Source: Spizellomyces punctatus DAOM BR117 (Eukaryota). From it: 64,000 nucleotides of DNA. How positions within the stretch are numbered: position 1 is the first letter of the stretch; each line of letters starts with the position of its first letter. The notes under the pieces are model-generated. The model was not told the DNA's origin. It saw only the letters and a program-made list of their open reading frames with translations, and ran no database searches. Of this stretch, positions 34,852-48,333 are shown piece after piece. The position numbers and the translations under genes were made by a program. The stretch is from the NCBI GenBank assembly GCA_000182565.2, contig KQ257456.1; one strand, written 5' to 3'.

Positions 34852-37800
34852 ATGGAAACCGTCGACGGCGACGGCATGTCTCAACCACCCACAACCCCCG
34901 ACGACACAGGCGATCCATCACCACCACCGCGTCCTAAAATTGAACGTCGGAAAACTTACATTCGAACTGATTCTGCTCCATGCGACCTGTCCGACCCTAC
35001 AATGACTTCAGACCCAGCGTCCCTCCCCATACCCCCGGTAGAAACACTACAGCGCTCCCGGACGCCGCCGTCCCTCTTATCCGCGCGCCCATCGTTGATC
35101 GACACGCCCGATACAAGGTCATTGTTTCCGTCTTCTGCCGGAGCGTTTGTCGGTTCGTTGCCCATGTTGGTTAAGGATGAACCTGATGAGGGATTCGAGG
35201 AGGTTGGATTGAACGATGAAGGGAGTTCGTCATATAGTACTGCTTCAGAAGGATGTACAGTCGACGATCGACGCAAGGAAACTGGAGAACAGAGTTTGAA
35301 ATCAGATACCCCAATGCCGCGTCCACCGCCGCCGCCCTTGGACGCCCCATCGACAACGACACTCACGCCGCTCATTTCCCCCCACCACTCCTTTCTCCTG
35401 ACACGATCAGGACCGTTCTCGCCCGCGCTGGACGACGGGCTGCTGAACTTGGATTTGAAACGCTTTTGGGAATGGGTTCTATGTTTCTGTGTGGTGAACT
35501 TCGATTTAGAACTAGGGCAAGGTGGGCCCCGTTTGCTTGATTGGCTGCCTTTCTGTATTCGTATTGATGAATATGGGTCTCTTTCCGGTAGCACTCGAGT
35601 GTGTTTATCCTCCGATAGACTTTACGGAATCCGAGCGGAAAAACATGTATGTTACGTCTCCTCTATATGCCAGCAAGCACACCCCGCTAACTCATATTAT
35701 TGCCACAGCTCCTTTTCCGCCTTTCCAGACTCCAACTCGGCCTCTCATGTCGGTGACAGCACGTTTACCTTCCGCATGCGAGCGGGACATTTTACCACGG
35801 AGCTTTATCAAAAGCAGCAGCCCCCTCCGCTGGCGATGCCGACCGCATTGAGTGGGACGACCGGGCTGCATCCGGGTGCCGGGTTGCCTGTAGATACAGA
35901 TGGGTTTTCTTATGGGTACGTTTTTTTTCGGCAGCAAAAGGACACGGAGATTCGGAGAGGCTACTTTCAGGTTGGTCTTTAGATCACTATTGAATGGATG
36001 CGATGAAAGCAAGTGGTACTAATGGCGCACCTTGATCCCAATCGTCCACAGAAATCTCTAGTGATTCTGACACCCCACCCGTGGCCGGGTCTTTTCGTTC
36101 ATCTCATCAGTGAGCTGGGTCCGCGGTACATGGATGCACTCGTTGAGGATCGCCAAAAAGCTGGGTCCGACCTTTCGGTTACGTCTTCTGCTGCCAAGAC
36201 ACTGTTGGAGACGGCGAGTTTTAGTATTGCTGCATGGTGCGTTTGTTACTACCTTCACTCTAGCTGCCGTTCTGGACAAGCAAGATTAAAAGTTTGTTAT
36301 AGGCCGTCACCACCCTCTTCCCTCTCTCCCGAGGTTGCATATTATCCAATATCGTTAACCCTCCCATTCCTCGGCGAGGCTACACGGTACTCCTTTCCCC
36401 CCACTGCACGCTTTGCCCAACTTTTTGAATCACCAAAACCGCATACAACGGAAGCACCCCCATCCCCCGACTGGCAAACTGCCGTTATATGTACGCCTGG
36501 AAAGTTGTATGAGCTCTTTGCGGGCTCTTTGGAGCTGTTGTGGGTGTGTTGGGAGTTGATGGTCGTTGGGCAGAGTTTGCTGGTTGTAGCGGAGAGCCCA
36601 AAAGCTTGCAGTGAAATTGTGTGGGGCTTGGTAGAGCTGATTAAACCGGTAGGTTATTTTGAAGATTCGGACTTTTTGTGACGGTCTGTTGTTTAACTAA
36701 CGAGATATGATAGATACCCTTTGGAGGAGACTATCGCCCTTATTTCACAATACAGGATTCGGATTTTAAGGGAATTGCTAATCGTCAGCGGGTAGGTGAA
36801 TTAGAACAGTAGGTGAGTTAGAAATGACTATCAAGCATGAGCTCATATTCTTTTGATGTAGTTGCCTACAACCGCTACGGTCATTGGTGTTACAAATCCG
36901 GTCTTCACCAAGGTACTAGAGCATTGGCCCAATGTCATACGAGCAGCGCGTGTCTCCCATCCGAAAATGAGCAGTGATGGTAGTACTCAGGGGAAGAGTG
37001 GGGGGCTTACACCCAAGCCTGAAATGTGGAGTCCGTGAGTACTTTTTGTGGACGGGGAGATGAATTTCGTGGATTGTCGATGACTGACAAACGTTCTCTA
37101 GGACACTCCCACGGGCCCAATCACCATCCCCAACTGTAGGCAGGCCAAAAAATACCCCCAATAACTCCCCGAAAAAACCTTCTATCCTCACGTTTTCCAA
37201 AACACCCAAACCAACCCCATCCAAAGACATTGCATCACCAACCTGCGGCGTATCTGATGCCGTGGTCGTCGAAAGTATAACGTGCAAGCACAAGCCATAT
37301 CTCTCCAAAGACCGCAAACTGATCAAGGAAGTCGTAGAGGCTGCGATTAGGGGCAAACCTGTTCATATCCTTGATAACATGCTCCGCCGGCACTTCATCG
37401 ATTTAACTGAACGCTTTATCCAACCCCTCAATCGTCACTTTGAGTCCCTCATCGTTGGAAACCCTCTCCACATGACCCTCTCCAATCTCCGTACCCGTCC
37501 CGAGATCAAACCCTTCAAACAGGACACGTTCCTACGCACAGTAGAACAGCAAGCAGGGTCAACGAATCTTCCCGTCAATTGCAAGCGCCCATTAAGTGAT
37601 CTCTACCGGGCGTTCCTATTGTCTGTCAACTTTGCTGCATGGCTCCAATCGCGAACGGAAGAAGTGTATCGCGAATGGCGACGAAGGTATTTGGATGTTT
37701 TGTGTGAGGAGGATGTGGCGTCATGGGCTATAGAAAGGTTGAATGGAACTGCTCCGAATCGGCTAAGACGACGGGGGAGTACGGGAGATGTAGAATGTGT

Positions 37801-38128
37801 GGATTTGTTGTTGAGGATTCGGGATGAAGTTGTAAAGTATTCTCCGTATTTTGCTGATGCGCATGTACCGCAGAAACATGTCCATACCGCCCAGCACCAT
37901 CACGCGCATATGGATTTGGCATCAAGTCATGGTGGGTGGGCTCATAGTCTGTGTGCTGCCGCGCCAGGTCCTTCTTCTCCCGGTCCGGTTGGTGTTATGG
38001 GGGGCGTAGTACCAACGAGAGAGCAGTACATAAAGTTGAAGAGGCAGTTGGAGGTGTTGGTTGGGGTGTTGCCGGAGGGGCTGAGGGGGGCTGTTGTGGT
38101 TAGCGGACGGAGAGGCGGCGGTGGTTAA
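34852..38128 (+). CDS. DENND6: DENND6/FAM116 family Rab GEF; multi-exon
   Basis: WVLCFCVVNFDLELGQ, FSAFPDSNS, YGYVFFRQQKDTEIRRGYFQKSLVIL, WELMVVG, GGDYRPYFTIQD, GVTNP, LRRHFIDLTERFIQPL. Confidence 0.92.
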
Positions 38129-38361
38129 TAGATTTTCTGTTGCTATTTTGCCAGATGCATGAGTTGCTTTCAGTGGGTTGTATCGGCCATTTTCCTTTTT
38201 TTTTTACTTTCAGGCAGGTTTATAAACTATACTTTATAGACGCAGGCTCGTATGGTATTTGCATTGTACATGTTACAAAATAAAAAAAAGGGATGGGTTT
38301 TACATTTGATCTGATTTTTTTGAAATCGTTGCGATCTCAACAGGGCGATTTTTTTTTGGTT

Positions 38362-41351
38362 TTAAATATCCCCTACCACCTCCAACACTGGCCCATCTGA
38401 AGAAGTACCATTCGAGTTTGAGTTCGAGCTCAAATCTAATCCGGATTGGGCAACCTCCATAACATCCAAAATCAGCACTGCAAGCGCGGCGACCATAGTA
38501 AGAACCAACGCAGCGGCTGCAATCCACGATGGATGCACCCTTCTCGACATCCAATATGGTATCGCGCGGAATTGTCCCATCTCACCCGTTTTATCTTCTA
38601 CATATGCTGGAGCGGCCATCATGGCTTTGGAATTCGCTTCCACGTCGTCATCCATGTCCGTTACTGGATGGATTTTGTTCATGTTGGCTCCAGGCATCAG
38701 CATGACGCTTAGACGACGGGCTCCCTCGCTGGGAGGTGCCAACCCTCCAGCACCTGGAACAGCCAATCCACCCCCTAAATTCGTCATACTCCTTGAATTT
38801 GTTAAACTTGTTCGACGGGAGGTGGCATTGCTGTTCATCTTGCTCGTGGTTTTGTTCATTCGTCTCCGTGACCCGCCTCCACCTGGTCCGAGCATTTGTC
38901 TCATGAGTTGCTTGGCAGATTGTCCAGAGGCGGTTGAGAGTTGTGCGACGGATTGGCCGTATCGGGGTCCACCAAAGTATTGGGACTGCTGGGCGCTCGT
39001 CCCTGACGAGGATCCACCGGCAGTGCTTGGCTGTCCAGGGGCACCTTGACCTACAGCCAAGGAAGCCTGGGACCCGGCCGTAGCAGCTGGTGCAAAAGGA
39101 TTATAGCGCTGTACACCCAGCCGGTTCAAGTCCGCATACGGTAAATGATAGACATAATCAAAGTCGTCGTCGTCGTCTTTCCATTTCTTAATCCCGGCGT
39201 CAATGTCCAAGAACTCGAGTTCGTCTAATACGGATTGTTGCATGACGAGATTCCGTTTAGGGAGGTAGAGGTAGACCAGGAAGGGAGCTGCAAAGTTGCA
39301 TAGGGATTGGAATATGAGGGAACTCCAGTTGGAAAAGTATGTGATCCATGCGCCGGTTTGGAAGGGGAGGGCGGCGATAAAGGGGAAAGCAGCGGCCCAG
39401 AAAGATGCCCAGGCTGCAATTCCGTGAATTCCAGAATATTATTAATGACAAAGTTTGAAAAGTTTGAACGGTTAAACGACTTACTACTTACACCCGGTAC
39501 ATAATCGACTTGTCACCAAGTTCAGTTTTACAATAATGATTGAGACGGGGATCGAAGTCAGCAGTACCAAAACCGGGTACGTGACGTTAATGGCCTGATT
39601 GACGCCCTTGCCCGCAGCAGAGACATGATCATTGGAGGCAATGGCTTGAATAAGATTTGAATCCGATGGCATCGGGAAGGCGGCGCCGCCTTTTGGGTTA
39701 GAAAAAAAAAAAATAGGTTGGTGAGCAAGTGAATTGGTTCTGACCTAGGTGGAGGATGTTGGAACGTACCAAAGATACCAATGATGAGGTACATCGCAGT
39801 AGCCATCCATGTCGACCACCAGACCGTTTTGGCGATGGGCACCGATTTGTGCTAATGGGGAAGCAACATTTTTGTTACTCGTTTCTCTCGCAACCTCTCC
39901 ACCATGCGAACACCAACTCACCTTGGTGTTCATCCAACTCGGCACTGTATTCGCCAAAGCTTAAACCCAGCCAGACATCATCAGCATACCATGCACCCAT
40001 CACGACCAACCAAGACGCATCAGCAACTCACTATAATTGAACATGACCGTCCCAATCACCCCAGTTAGATTCGACCCAAATGTCTGCATCCCTGCTGAAC
40101 CGAGTCCAACAGCAAAGGCCATGATGACCCACACCAGAATGACAAAGACGAGGTATACAAGCGAAACTGTTTACGAGCGTCAGTTTCTTTCGGAAAACAA
40201 TGCTGGAATTGCAAGTGTGACCACATACATAATTGAACAATGAGATTATCGTTTAGGTTGAGGGTAATCAATGGGATGACGAGGACAAGGAGAACCTAGG
40301 GTGAAGCAAAAATGACGAGAGTAAGCTCACTGGCTCCGAGACTCCCAAACAAACCCAACTAAAACAGCAAACGACATACCAAGAACCCCGCCGTACATAA
40401 CATGTAGTTATCCCCAAAAGGTGAATTCGAATTCGTTTGCTCGGACGCACAGATGAATCCAGACAAGGGCGAAATCCCAAACCCGCAGGTCCGTCCAAAG
40501 ATTGTAATCAAAAACGCATCAAATGTCTAAAAAATCAAGGACGAGTTCAATGTCCGGTTTTTGTTTGTATCGATATTCTTTTTGCATATTTCGGGTTTCC
40601 CCCCGTTCTTTACCTGAGCAGCCGATATAATGGACGCAATGTTGAAACTTTGGAGTGATCCGTAAAGGATAATGTGCATAACATAGTACCATTTCCGTCC
40701 ATAAAACTAAGATTCCATCCCATTTTAGTTTGATGCAAACGACCACAAAGTCTCATCCATAGGACTTGCCTGATGAACCAACACTGTCAACTCGACATTT
40801 CTCTGCAAAAAAAGAAACGTTCAAGCGTTTGTGAATTCTGTTGCATTCCCAAAAAGAATCCCTTCAACAGATCTCCATTTTCACTCACCTGGAACTTTTC
40901 ATTTCCAGGGAAATATGTCATGCTCTCAATCAAAAACAGGCATCCAAGGGCGGACAGGAAGGCAATGATGATGAAGCATAACGTTGGCCTACACGGAGAA
41001 TTTCGTCGGGTTGTGAGTTTTTTTTCAACCCGTTCCCACAGACAAGACGAACGTCGAAACGTACAAAAGCCATCCAGCCTGTTGAAACAAGAGTGGGATT
41101 GTGATGATGCCTTGAGGGATTTGGGCAACGGATTGATCAGTGATGTAGCAAAACAAGAGGTTGGGAGGTGGTCGTTTTACCTGGTCCAGTGATGCTGCTG
41201 ACGAGCAGACTGATTCCGCCGACAAACCCTCTGCAAAGTGTTGAGAAAGGTGAGCAATCAAGAGTCTCCGTTTACGCCTTGCTTGCCCTTTGGCCGACAA
41301 GTCCTGCCAAGCAGTCCACTCCCCACTCCTGCAAACAAACTACTCACGCAT
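38362..41351 (-). CDS. Amino-acid/auxin permease (Aa_trans) family transporter; multi-exon
   Basis: GGISLLVSSITGPG, FQQAGW, LFLIESM..PGNEKFQRNVE, ANTVPSWMNTK, LLTSIPVSIIIVKLNL, many TM segments. Start exon tentative. Confidence 0.82.
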
Positions 41352-42279
41352 TTTTTTTATAATCCCCTTCACCCATTGCTCAATGAATAAATCACCAGAG
41401 ACTCTCGGGCACGATGAACAAGGAAAAAGAAAAACTCGTCGATCGCTTTAGATCTGGTAAATGGTTTTATCGGATTGGAAGATTCCTCTCCGCCCTTCTG
41501 TTTCGGACAGTTCCCATATAAAATATCGTACGCAACCCTCAACGTGCCCATCTCTAAAAAGGTTGACCCTCAAATCGCATTTTTAACAAACGGGGCCAAA
41601 AAACAACGCGCCCAAAGTGGCCTTGGATTTGAGGGCGTTTTGGGGGGACATTTCCAGCTTTGATTCAAGTCCTTCTCCTGGACAAACGACTCCCAAAAGG
41701 AATACGCAACGGATGGCAGATATCAGAAAATAAAACACAGCAATAAAAAGAAAAACAATCACTCATTGAATAACAATATATATTTCCCTCCAAACACCAC
41801 AAATTCCCACTGTTACAAACATTTAGCGATATCGCTAACACACACACACGCAGACACAAAGCACACACAAATTTCGCGCATTATATTGGCAATCCATCAA
41901 ATCACCAATGATTTCCAACCATTTTTCCCTCGCACACATAGCTACGCTCGAGTCCACGCCAGTTCAGATAACCGGCCAACTGCTCCCAAAACAAGAAAGG
42001 GCAGGGTCTCAAAACGAAAATACTACTAGTACGAGAGTAAACCATACGGATAAAGTCACAAAAAAAGCAAAAAAGCAAAAACGATTTAAGTGGGCCGACG
42101 ACGTTTTTTTTTGTTGAGGCTCTCTAGAGATGGTGGGCATTTCATGCGAGACCCCCCGCCATGGTGGGCGGGGTCCACAACATCTCTCGACCCCAACTGT
42201 AGGGTGTTGAGAATTCATGCGGACCAACTCCCCGTAAGAGGACCCCGATACCGATAACGAATCAGTAGGCATTTGACGA

Positions 42280-43380
42280 TTATTTCCCTTCGAGAGGGTC
42301 TGTGCAACCAGACGTTTTCATGTGCCGTCGAAGGGCATCGCTACGCGAGAACCGCTTGCCACAACCCAAGGCAGGGCAACTGTGCTGCTTCGTTTCGTTA
42401 TGCACACTTCCATGACGCGCGAGATCGCTTGCTTTCAAGAAAGCTTTCCCGCAAATATCGCAAGAAAATGGTCTCTCCCGATTCGGGTCGTGAATCTTCA
42501 AATGAGTTTCAAGGTTGAACCGTCTGGTAAAGTCGCGATTGCAACCGTCAATGGGACAAGTATATTTCTTCGTGACACGTCGTCGAGCTTCGCGAGCTTT
42601 AGACTCTGCGCCGAGTGGAGAGGCAAGTTCTGTTGCTTCCGGACTGTTGGTGCAGGAACCGTCAGCACTAGCCTTCTTTTGCGCAGCAAGCTGAATTAAT
42701 GCAGACAAAAGGTCCACAGAAAGTGTAACAGTTCCCGAAGAGGTGCTCTGGGGAATTGGCGCTTGAGGCTGCTGTTCAGGGTCAAAAACAGATGGCTCCG
42801 CAAGGATTTCAGGCAAAGGTGAAAAGAAAGAGTCTTCAGCAACGGGAGGGAAAAATTCAGAGGTAGGGTCAAAAAGAGGTGCGTCTAGGAGAGCAAAGGA
42901 TTCGTCTGCAGAGGGCGGATAGATGCTCGGATCGGTTGATGACGCGTACAAGTTTGTTTCGTCAAAGCGAAGGAGTTGATCAAGAAGAGAGGAATCAGAG
43001 GCGCCAGAATCTTTGGGAGCAGCAGTAGGACTGTTCTCAAAGTTTGTCGAAGGAGTAAGAGCCGGGGTAGGGTAACAGTACGGTACAGCAAATTGGCCTT
43101 GTGTTTCAAAACTAAAAAAGTGCGAATTCGCATTAAGCGCAACATTTCGCACATTCTCACGACACACATCAACGCACCCAAATTGCAAATCAGAATAATT
43201 AGAGTCCTTTAGAACCGAATGGGCTTGAAGCCCGTCGGGGGGAAGGTCTTGCAGATAGCGGCCATTGTTGTAAAACGAATCTTGTTCAGAATAATCAGGA
43301 AATAGTGTACCGGGGTTGGGGTTGTCATCAAAGAGAACACAGTCGGCAAAGGATGAAGTGTTGGAAGGCGCAAAGGTCAT
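42280..43380 (-). CDS. C2H2 zinc-finger transcription factor (3 fingers, Crz1/Ace2-like finger region), intronless
   Basis: CPIDGC..FTRRFNLETHLKIH, CDICGKAF..DLARHGSVH, CPALGCGKRFSRSDALRRH; acidic N-terminus. Confidence 0.9.
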   Translation of the reverse strand: MTFAPSNTSSFADCVLFDDNPNPGTLFPDYSEQDSFYNNGRYLQDLPPDGLQAHSVLKDSNYSDLQFGCVDVCRENVRNVALNANSHFFSFETQGQFAVPYCYPTPALTPSTNFENSPTAAPKDSGASDSSLLDQLLRFDETNLYASSTDPSIYPPSADESFALLDAPLFDPTSEFFPPVAEDSFFSPLPEILAEPSVFDPEQQPQAPIPQSTSSGTVTLSVDLLSALIQLAAQKKASADGSCTNSPEATELASPLGAESKAREARRRVTKKYTCPIDGCNRDFTRRFNLETHLKIHDPNRERPFSCDICGKAFLKASDLARHGSVHNETKQHSCPALGCGKRFSRSDALRRHMKTSGCTDPLEGK

Positions 43381-44124
43381 AACAAGGTGTGTTGAGGAAC
43401 GGAGGTGATTGATTGCGGGTTCGATGCCCGACAACGAGGTTGTTTTTCTTGTTATTGAGTAAAGAGGAACAGGAAAATATTCTACGAAAAACGACAAGGA
43501 GACCAAAACACACAAGACAGAGGAAGAGTACGAGTTGCAAGAAGAAACACGCGCTGCGCGAATTCAAAAAGCACTGGAGCAACACGAAAAACTCAACACA
43601 CTCAATGGGGGTCTCTTTTTACACAAAAAAAAGAACAGACTCCTCAAGTAGTTACTACCTTTTGCTTTCGTCCGTAGCAAAAGTCAAGTAGCAACTGCAA
43701 CCAACTCCCAAAACGGACCGCTTTCGTGAAAGTCGGCCGAAGATGAAAGATGGAAGGTGTCGGATGGAGTGAACGTGGGGAAGAAAGCGAAATCGACGAC
43801 GACGACGAGTTTAAATTCCAAGCGGGAGCGGCTCAATACGGGAAGCTGGAACGACGTCTGATTGGTCAGTTTCGATGACGTCGACAGTTTCGTGGAATAA
43901 AAAACCAAAAAAAGTTGATTTAGCCACAAATGGAACATGGATTACACAGCCACCTCGTCATGTCCGAACGTGTTGTGGCTTCTTGTTTGGCAGTCCAGAC
44001 GTCGGGGGGAACGAATTGATAAAGATATGCCTTTAAAAAAAGTGTATAATAAACTGTCAAGAATATAAAAAAAATCTACTATCCTACACAAGAATAATTA
44101 AAGCAAGGATCATCGCCCTCATCT

Positions 44125-46484
44125 TTAGTAAACAAACCCAGCAACCCTCGCTACCCGTCTCACTTCTCTCTCCCAAACACTGTAAGGTGAAAAGACATCC
44201 TCACTCCACGGATCGTCGAAATGCATCACCTTGCCCCATCGAACTCCATCCCCCATTCCGCAATCCACAACACATTCTCTTAGCCGCTTGGCCGCATCCA
44301 CGAGGGCTTGCATTCCTTGGGCGCTACACGTCACCCCGGCCATATCCACCCGTTCCAGCATGGGACAGAGTTGTGGGAGGGCGGATATCGTTGCGTCGCT
44401 CAGTTGATGGCATCCAGATAGACCCAGAGAAACAAGTCGATAAGCGTCACTCAACGCTTGAGCGATCGCATCTTCAGAAAGTTCCGTTTGCATGTACAAT
44501 TCCAATCGTTTGATATTCATCAAGCAAGGTGCAAGTTCCAAAAATATTGAATCCGATAGATGTGCAAGCGCATGATCCGGTCGGGCAAGATTGAGTGCTG
44601 TTACGTTGCGATTAAAGGACAAGAGAGCTCGAACAGAACGGGCTGTCAGGTGAGGGCCACCCATAAGTCCAACTAGACTGACCGTTCGGAGATTACGAAG
44701 GTGTGGAGCCAGTCCAAGAAGTCCGCGATCTGTTATATGCACCACACTCCCAACAGCGCCGGTTGCATCTCGCCAATCGTTTTCCATATACAACGTCTCA
44801 AGATTCGGCGCATGTCGCCCAATGCACAACAACAAGTCATCAGATAACCAACACCCATCGATCAACAGTGTCCGCAAGCTAGGGAGTGCTTCAAGATTGA
44901 TGGAACTTCGTCGTGGCGGCTGTCGAATATTCCGCAACGTAATACACTGCAACTGCCGACACCGATTCCACACATCCACCACCAGCCCCATCGTGAGATC
45001 CGTTCCACAATCATCGATACGTATTGCTCGGAGATTTCGACAATGGGTTGCGAGAGATCCAACAAAGGCCTCTTCATTTGCAGGTAATGGTACACGCCAC
45101 AAACTTAGAGATTGCAGGAAGGGTATACAGGAGAACAGTGCTTCAAAGTCTGCTGCTCGTGGAGGATCGAACGTATCGTTGTCATCGGCAGAAGCAAAGC
45201 TAATGTGAAGGTTGGAGAGGAGGGGACAAGTTTGACAAAGTCGCAAAAAATCGCGCCATGCAGACGGATGAATGGTATCAGCGACAAGTGAGCGAAGGGA
45301 GGGAAATCTATCGGGTAATCTTTGCAAGAGGCGGTAAGACTGTGCATCGGGGTCTCGTGTTCGGTGTAGCTCAAGGGAATGAAGTTCGGTGGTATGGTGG
45401 CAAGCGACCGAGAGCAGTGATAGATCCGCATCTGTACATGCCACGCTAAGAACACGTACAAGGGCGCTGCATTCACGCTTGTTATACTTGCTCGTTGCAG
45501 AACCAAGCACAAACCGACCAAATCTTGCCGGTTGATCTGCCATATAAATCCGCTTCCACAACACCGCATTGGCGGGCTGATTCCAATTGCGTGCCACCAA
45601 AGAGCATGAAAATAGGGTCCGAACCGCTTTGGAAGGAACATACCCTATGTTCCCACCATTGTAACAGACAAAGTTGAACATTCTCAACAAGATTTCAGCA
45701 GGCAGTCGAGGTATATATCTTCGTTGAAGAGACGACCCGTCACTAGGCGTCTCTGTCGCTTCGTTTGCAACCGCCTCCAGTTTCCTAACTTTCTCAGCAG
45801 CCTCCTCATCCGCCTTATTATTCAACGCATCAATATAATCCAATCCAAGTTGGCAAGCCAACATTGCTCGTCGGACCTCAGGAGTATGAGCACTTGGATC
45901 GATCGAATGAAACCCTTGTGAACAAGACTGGAGCAAGGACCGGAAAAATCGATGAGACCCCTCTGCGGACGTTTCTCCATTTGCAGATTCTATTTCGTCG
46001 TCCTCTGCTTGTGCAGCCATTTCCCATTCGATAGAGCCCGTATCGTCTTGCGTCGGTTCCAAATCGGTTCCCATTGTGTTCCACGCTGCAGGGTCGCCGT
46101 TGTCAACTGTCATCTCATTTGACTCTTGCCATATGCTGCTGGATCCCTGTCCGGCGGATCTATATCGTAATTTCAACACAAATACTCAATGTCTAAAACG
46201 TGGGGTTCGCCAACTTGCGACTTTTAGTATATTGTTTACCTTCTAACCTGCTCCCACCCATTCATCGCACTCTCATATTCTCTATTCCACCCGCCCGTTC
46301 CAGATTGCCACCACAAGCCCGTTGTCCTTCCAAAGCCCTTGTCGAGTGAACTCGCCCTCGCCCACTCTGTTACCCGCCCTGCTTGAGAGCGATCAGAGTC
46401 GCCACTAGCAGGAGACGGCGTCCAACTGTTGGGATAAAATGCAGAAGAAGAGGCAGCAGCAGCGCTAGGTGGGACGTTATGCAT
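44125..46484 (-). CDS. F-box/LRR (RNI-like) protein, 2 exons
   Basis: IPRLPAEILLRMFNFV...SCSLVARNWNQPANAVLW followed by LRRs (SGCHQLSDATI). Confidence 0.88.
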
Positions 46485-47056
46485 CAATGATCACGACCAC
46501 GGAACTCTTGGGATGCTTAGACTCGCGCTGTGTCTTATGTGATCTCAAAAGTACTTTTCTGCTATGGTATTGTGTTGATTGCCTGGACTTGTGATAGCAA
46601 CCGAGGTATCAAGAAGATAAAAAGCACTGCAAACGGCAATATGCTGAAGCGATGCCTACAAAAGGGGTTGGACGGTAGCCGTGGAAAGATGGGGTGCATG
46701 GCAATTCTGCCCCCCACGCAAACTCGTCGTCTGATCGCCTTGATCAAGGACGGGGCAATTCGGGTTTAAGCCACACCAATCACGTCAGCATTTTCTGGTC
46801 TTCGCCATTTTTAACGCTACGAGTTCTGCTCTGGGAGAAGCTCGCCGTGGAGAGCTCACAGGAACAGCGTACAAGAAACAGCTTGCTACAAGAATGAGAG
46901 TGAGACTTGTTTTGCTTAAACATGACGGTACACAACAGTGAACTTGAAATGGCACAAGGACGTCCAAATCCAAAGAGATAAAGACAGCACACATAAACTA
47001 TTTCAAAATGCAGTGTATTTGGAGAAAGGCATTACTCCTATATTACAGACAGGCCT

Positions 47057-48333
47057 TTACACACTTTCAAAGACAGGGATCTGAAATAAATAAAGAATCA
47101 CAATGAGTCCACCTCTGCATCTTGATATGCATTCCGACAACGTATGCCAAAACATACCTCCTTGACCTCTTTGGAGCTTCCGACCACCTTGGATCCCTTG
47201 TCCTCAACTGCCTCACCGTGAAGCTCAAGAAGCTTGCCCAAGTCAAATTTGGGTGCCTTCAAGATCTTCACCTTCCGTACGTATACGTTCTGGAGGGGGT
47301 AAATACCCTGGCAAGCCTTCTCAATCTCCTTTCCAATGACCTCGGGAACGAACTTTTGCACAAGCTCCCTCAAGTCGCAAGAGGCGGCCTCACGGGTCAT
47401 GATCTCGAACATCTTCTTGCGAATAGCACGGATCTGAGCGTGGGTAGCGTAGGTGGTCTTGCGCTGTTGGTTCTTGCGGCGTTGTGTGAAGGCAATGGTG
47501 AACAGGCGGAGGAGGTAGCCGTCGGTGGTCTTGACATCCACAAAGGCCTCGATCAAGGACTAACGAGCATCGTCCACATCAATTGTCATGTCAAAAGATA
47601 TCAAGCCAAGGTGACCAATCACCCACCTGCCACTTCTTGACAAGGGAACGGAGCTTGTCAGATGTGAAATCCATGCCGTGAAAGTTGGTCAGGCAGTTCT
47701 TTCCCTGAATCTCCTGGACCTGGAGCTTGACCTTCCTGAAAGAGTCTTCTTGGTTGTTGTTCAGGTCGGCAAGAGAGACCTCAAAGACACGGCCCTTGAG
47801 AGCGTCGTTGGCGTTCTCTACATTGTTAATAGCCTCGTTGGTCAGTCTCCACTTCAACAAAATCTCCAGTCAACAATTTCCACTACATACTCAAACCCTG
47901 GGTACGGTTGACAAGGGTCTTTCCGACATTGCGAACCTCAAAGAACGATGGGGCCTTGAGGTCATACCAGTCCTTGCGGGAGAAGGGGTCCACACTGCAG
48001 ATTGTCAAGAGATCCACGGAATGTCATAATTAGTCCACTGTCCAAAACCCAACCCCCCCAATCATCCATCCATCCGCCTCGCTCCATCCATCCATCCATC
48101 CCCATCAGAACGGTAAACAATCCAGTACGTACACCTTCTTCTTCAATCCCTTCTTTCCCTTAGACAGACGCCTGCAGAAAGAAAAAAGCAAATAGGACAA
48201 GGTCAGCGCTGGAGATCGACGGCATGAGTCGCCATGGACAAGCTCGGCCATGCTGGGCGATAGCATTCTTCGTACGCCATGGACGACGGCAATAATAACG
48301 ACAGCGTACGCACTTGTTCTTTCCGACGGCCAT
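47057..48333 (-). CDS. RPS1: 40S ribosomal protein eS1 (S3a)
   Basis: [74 protein letters not shown]. Confidence 0.97.
48064..48104. repeat. (CATC)n low-complexity repeat in RPS1 intron 2
   Basis: catccatccatcc...ccatccatccatccatcc. Confidence 0.7.

Noticed and set aside
40290-40890. Apparent ~600-nt intron in the amino-acid transporter
   Set aside because: It resolves into three ordinary small exons once the GC donor is allowed.
43381-43515. In-frame non-AUG N-terminal extension of the C2H2 factor
   Set aside because: A pyrimidine-rich leader can stay open by chance; no supporting motif.
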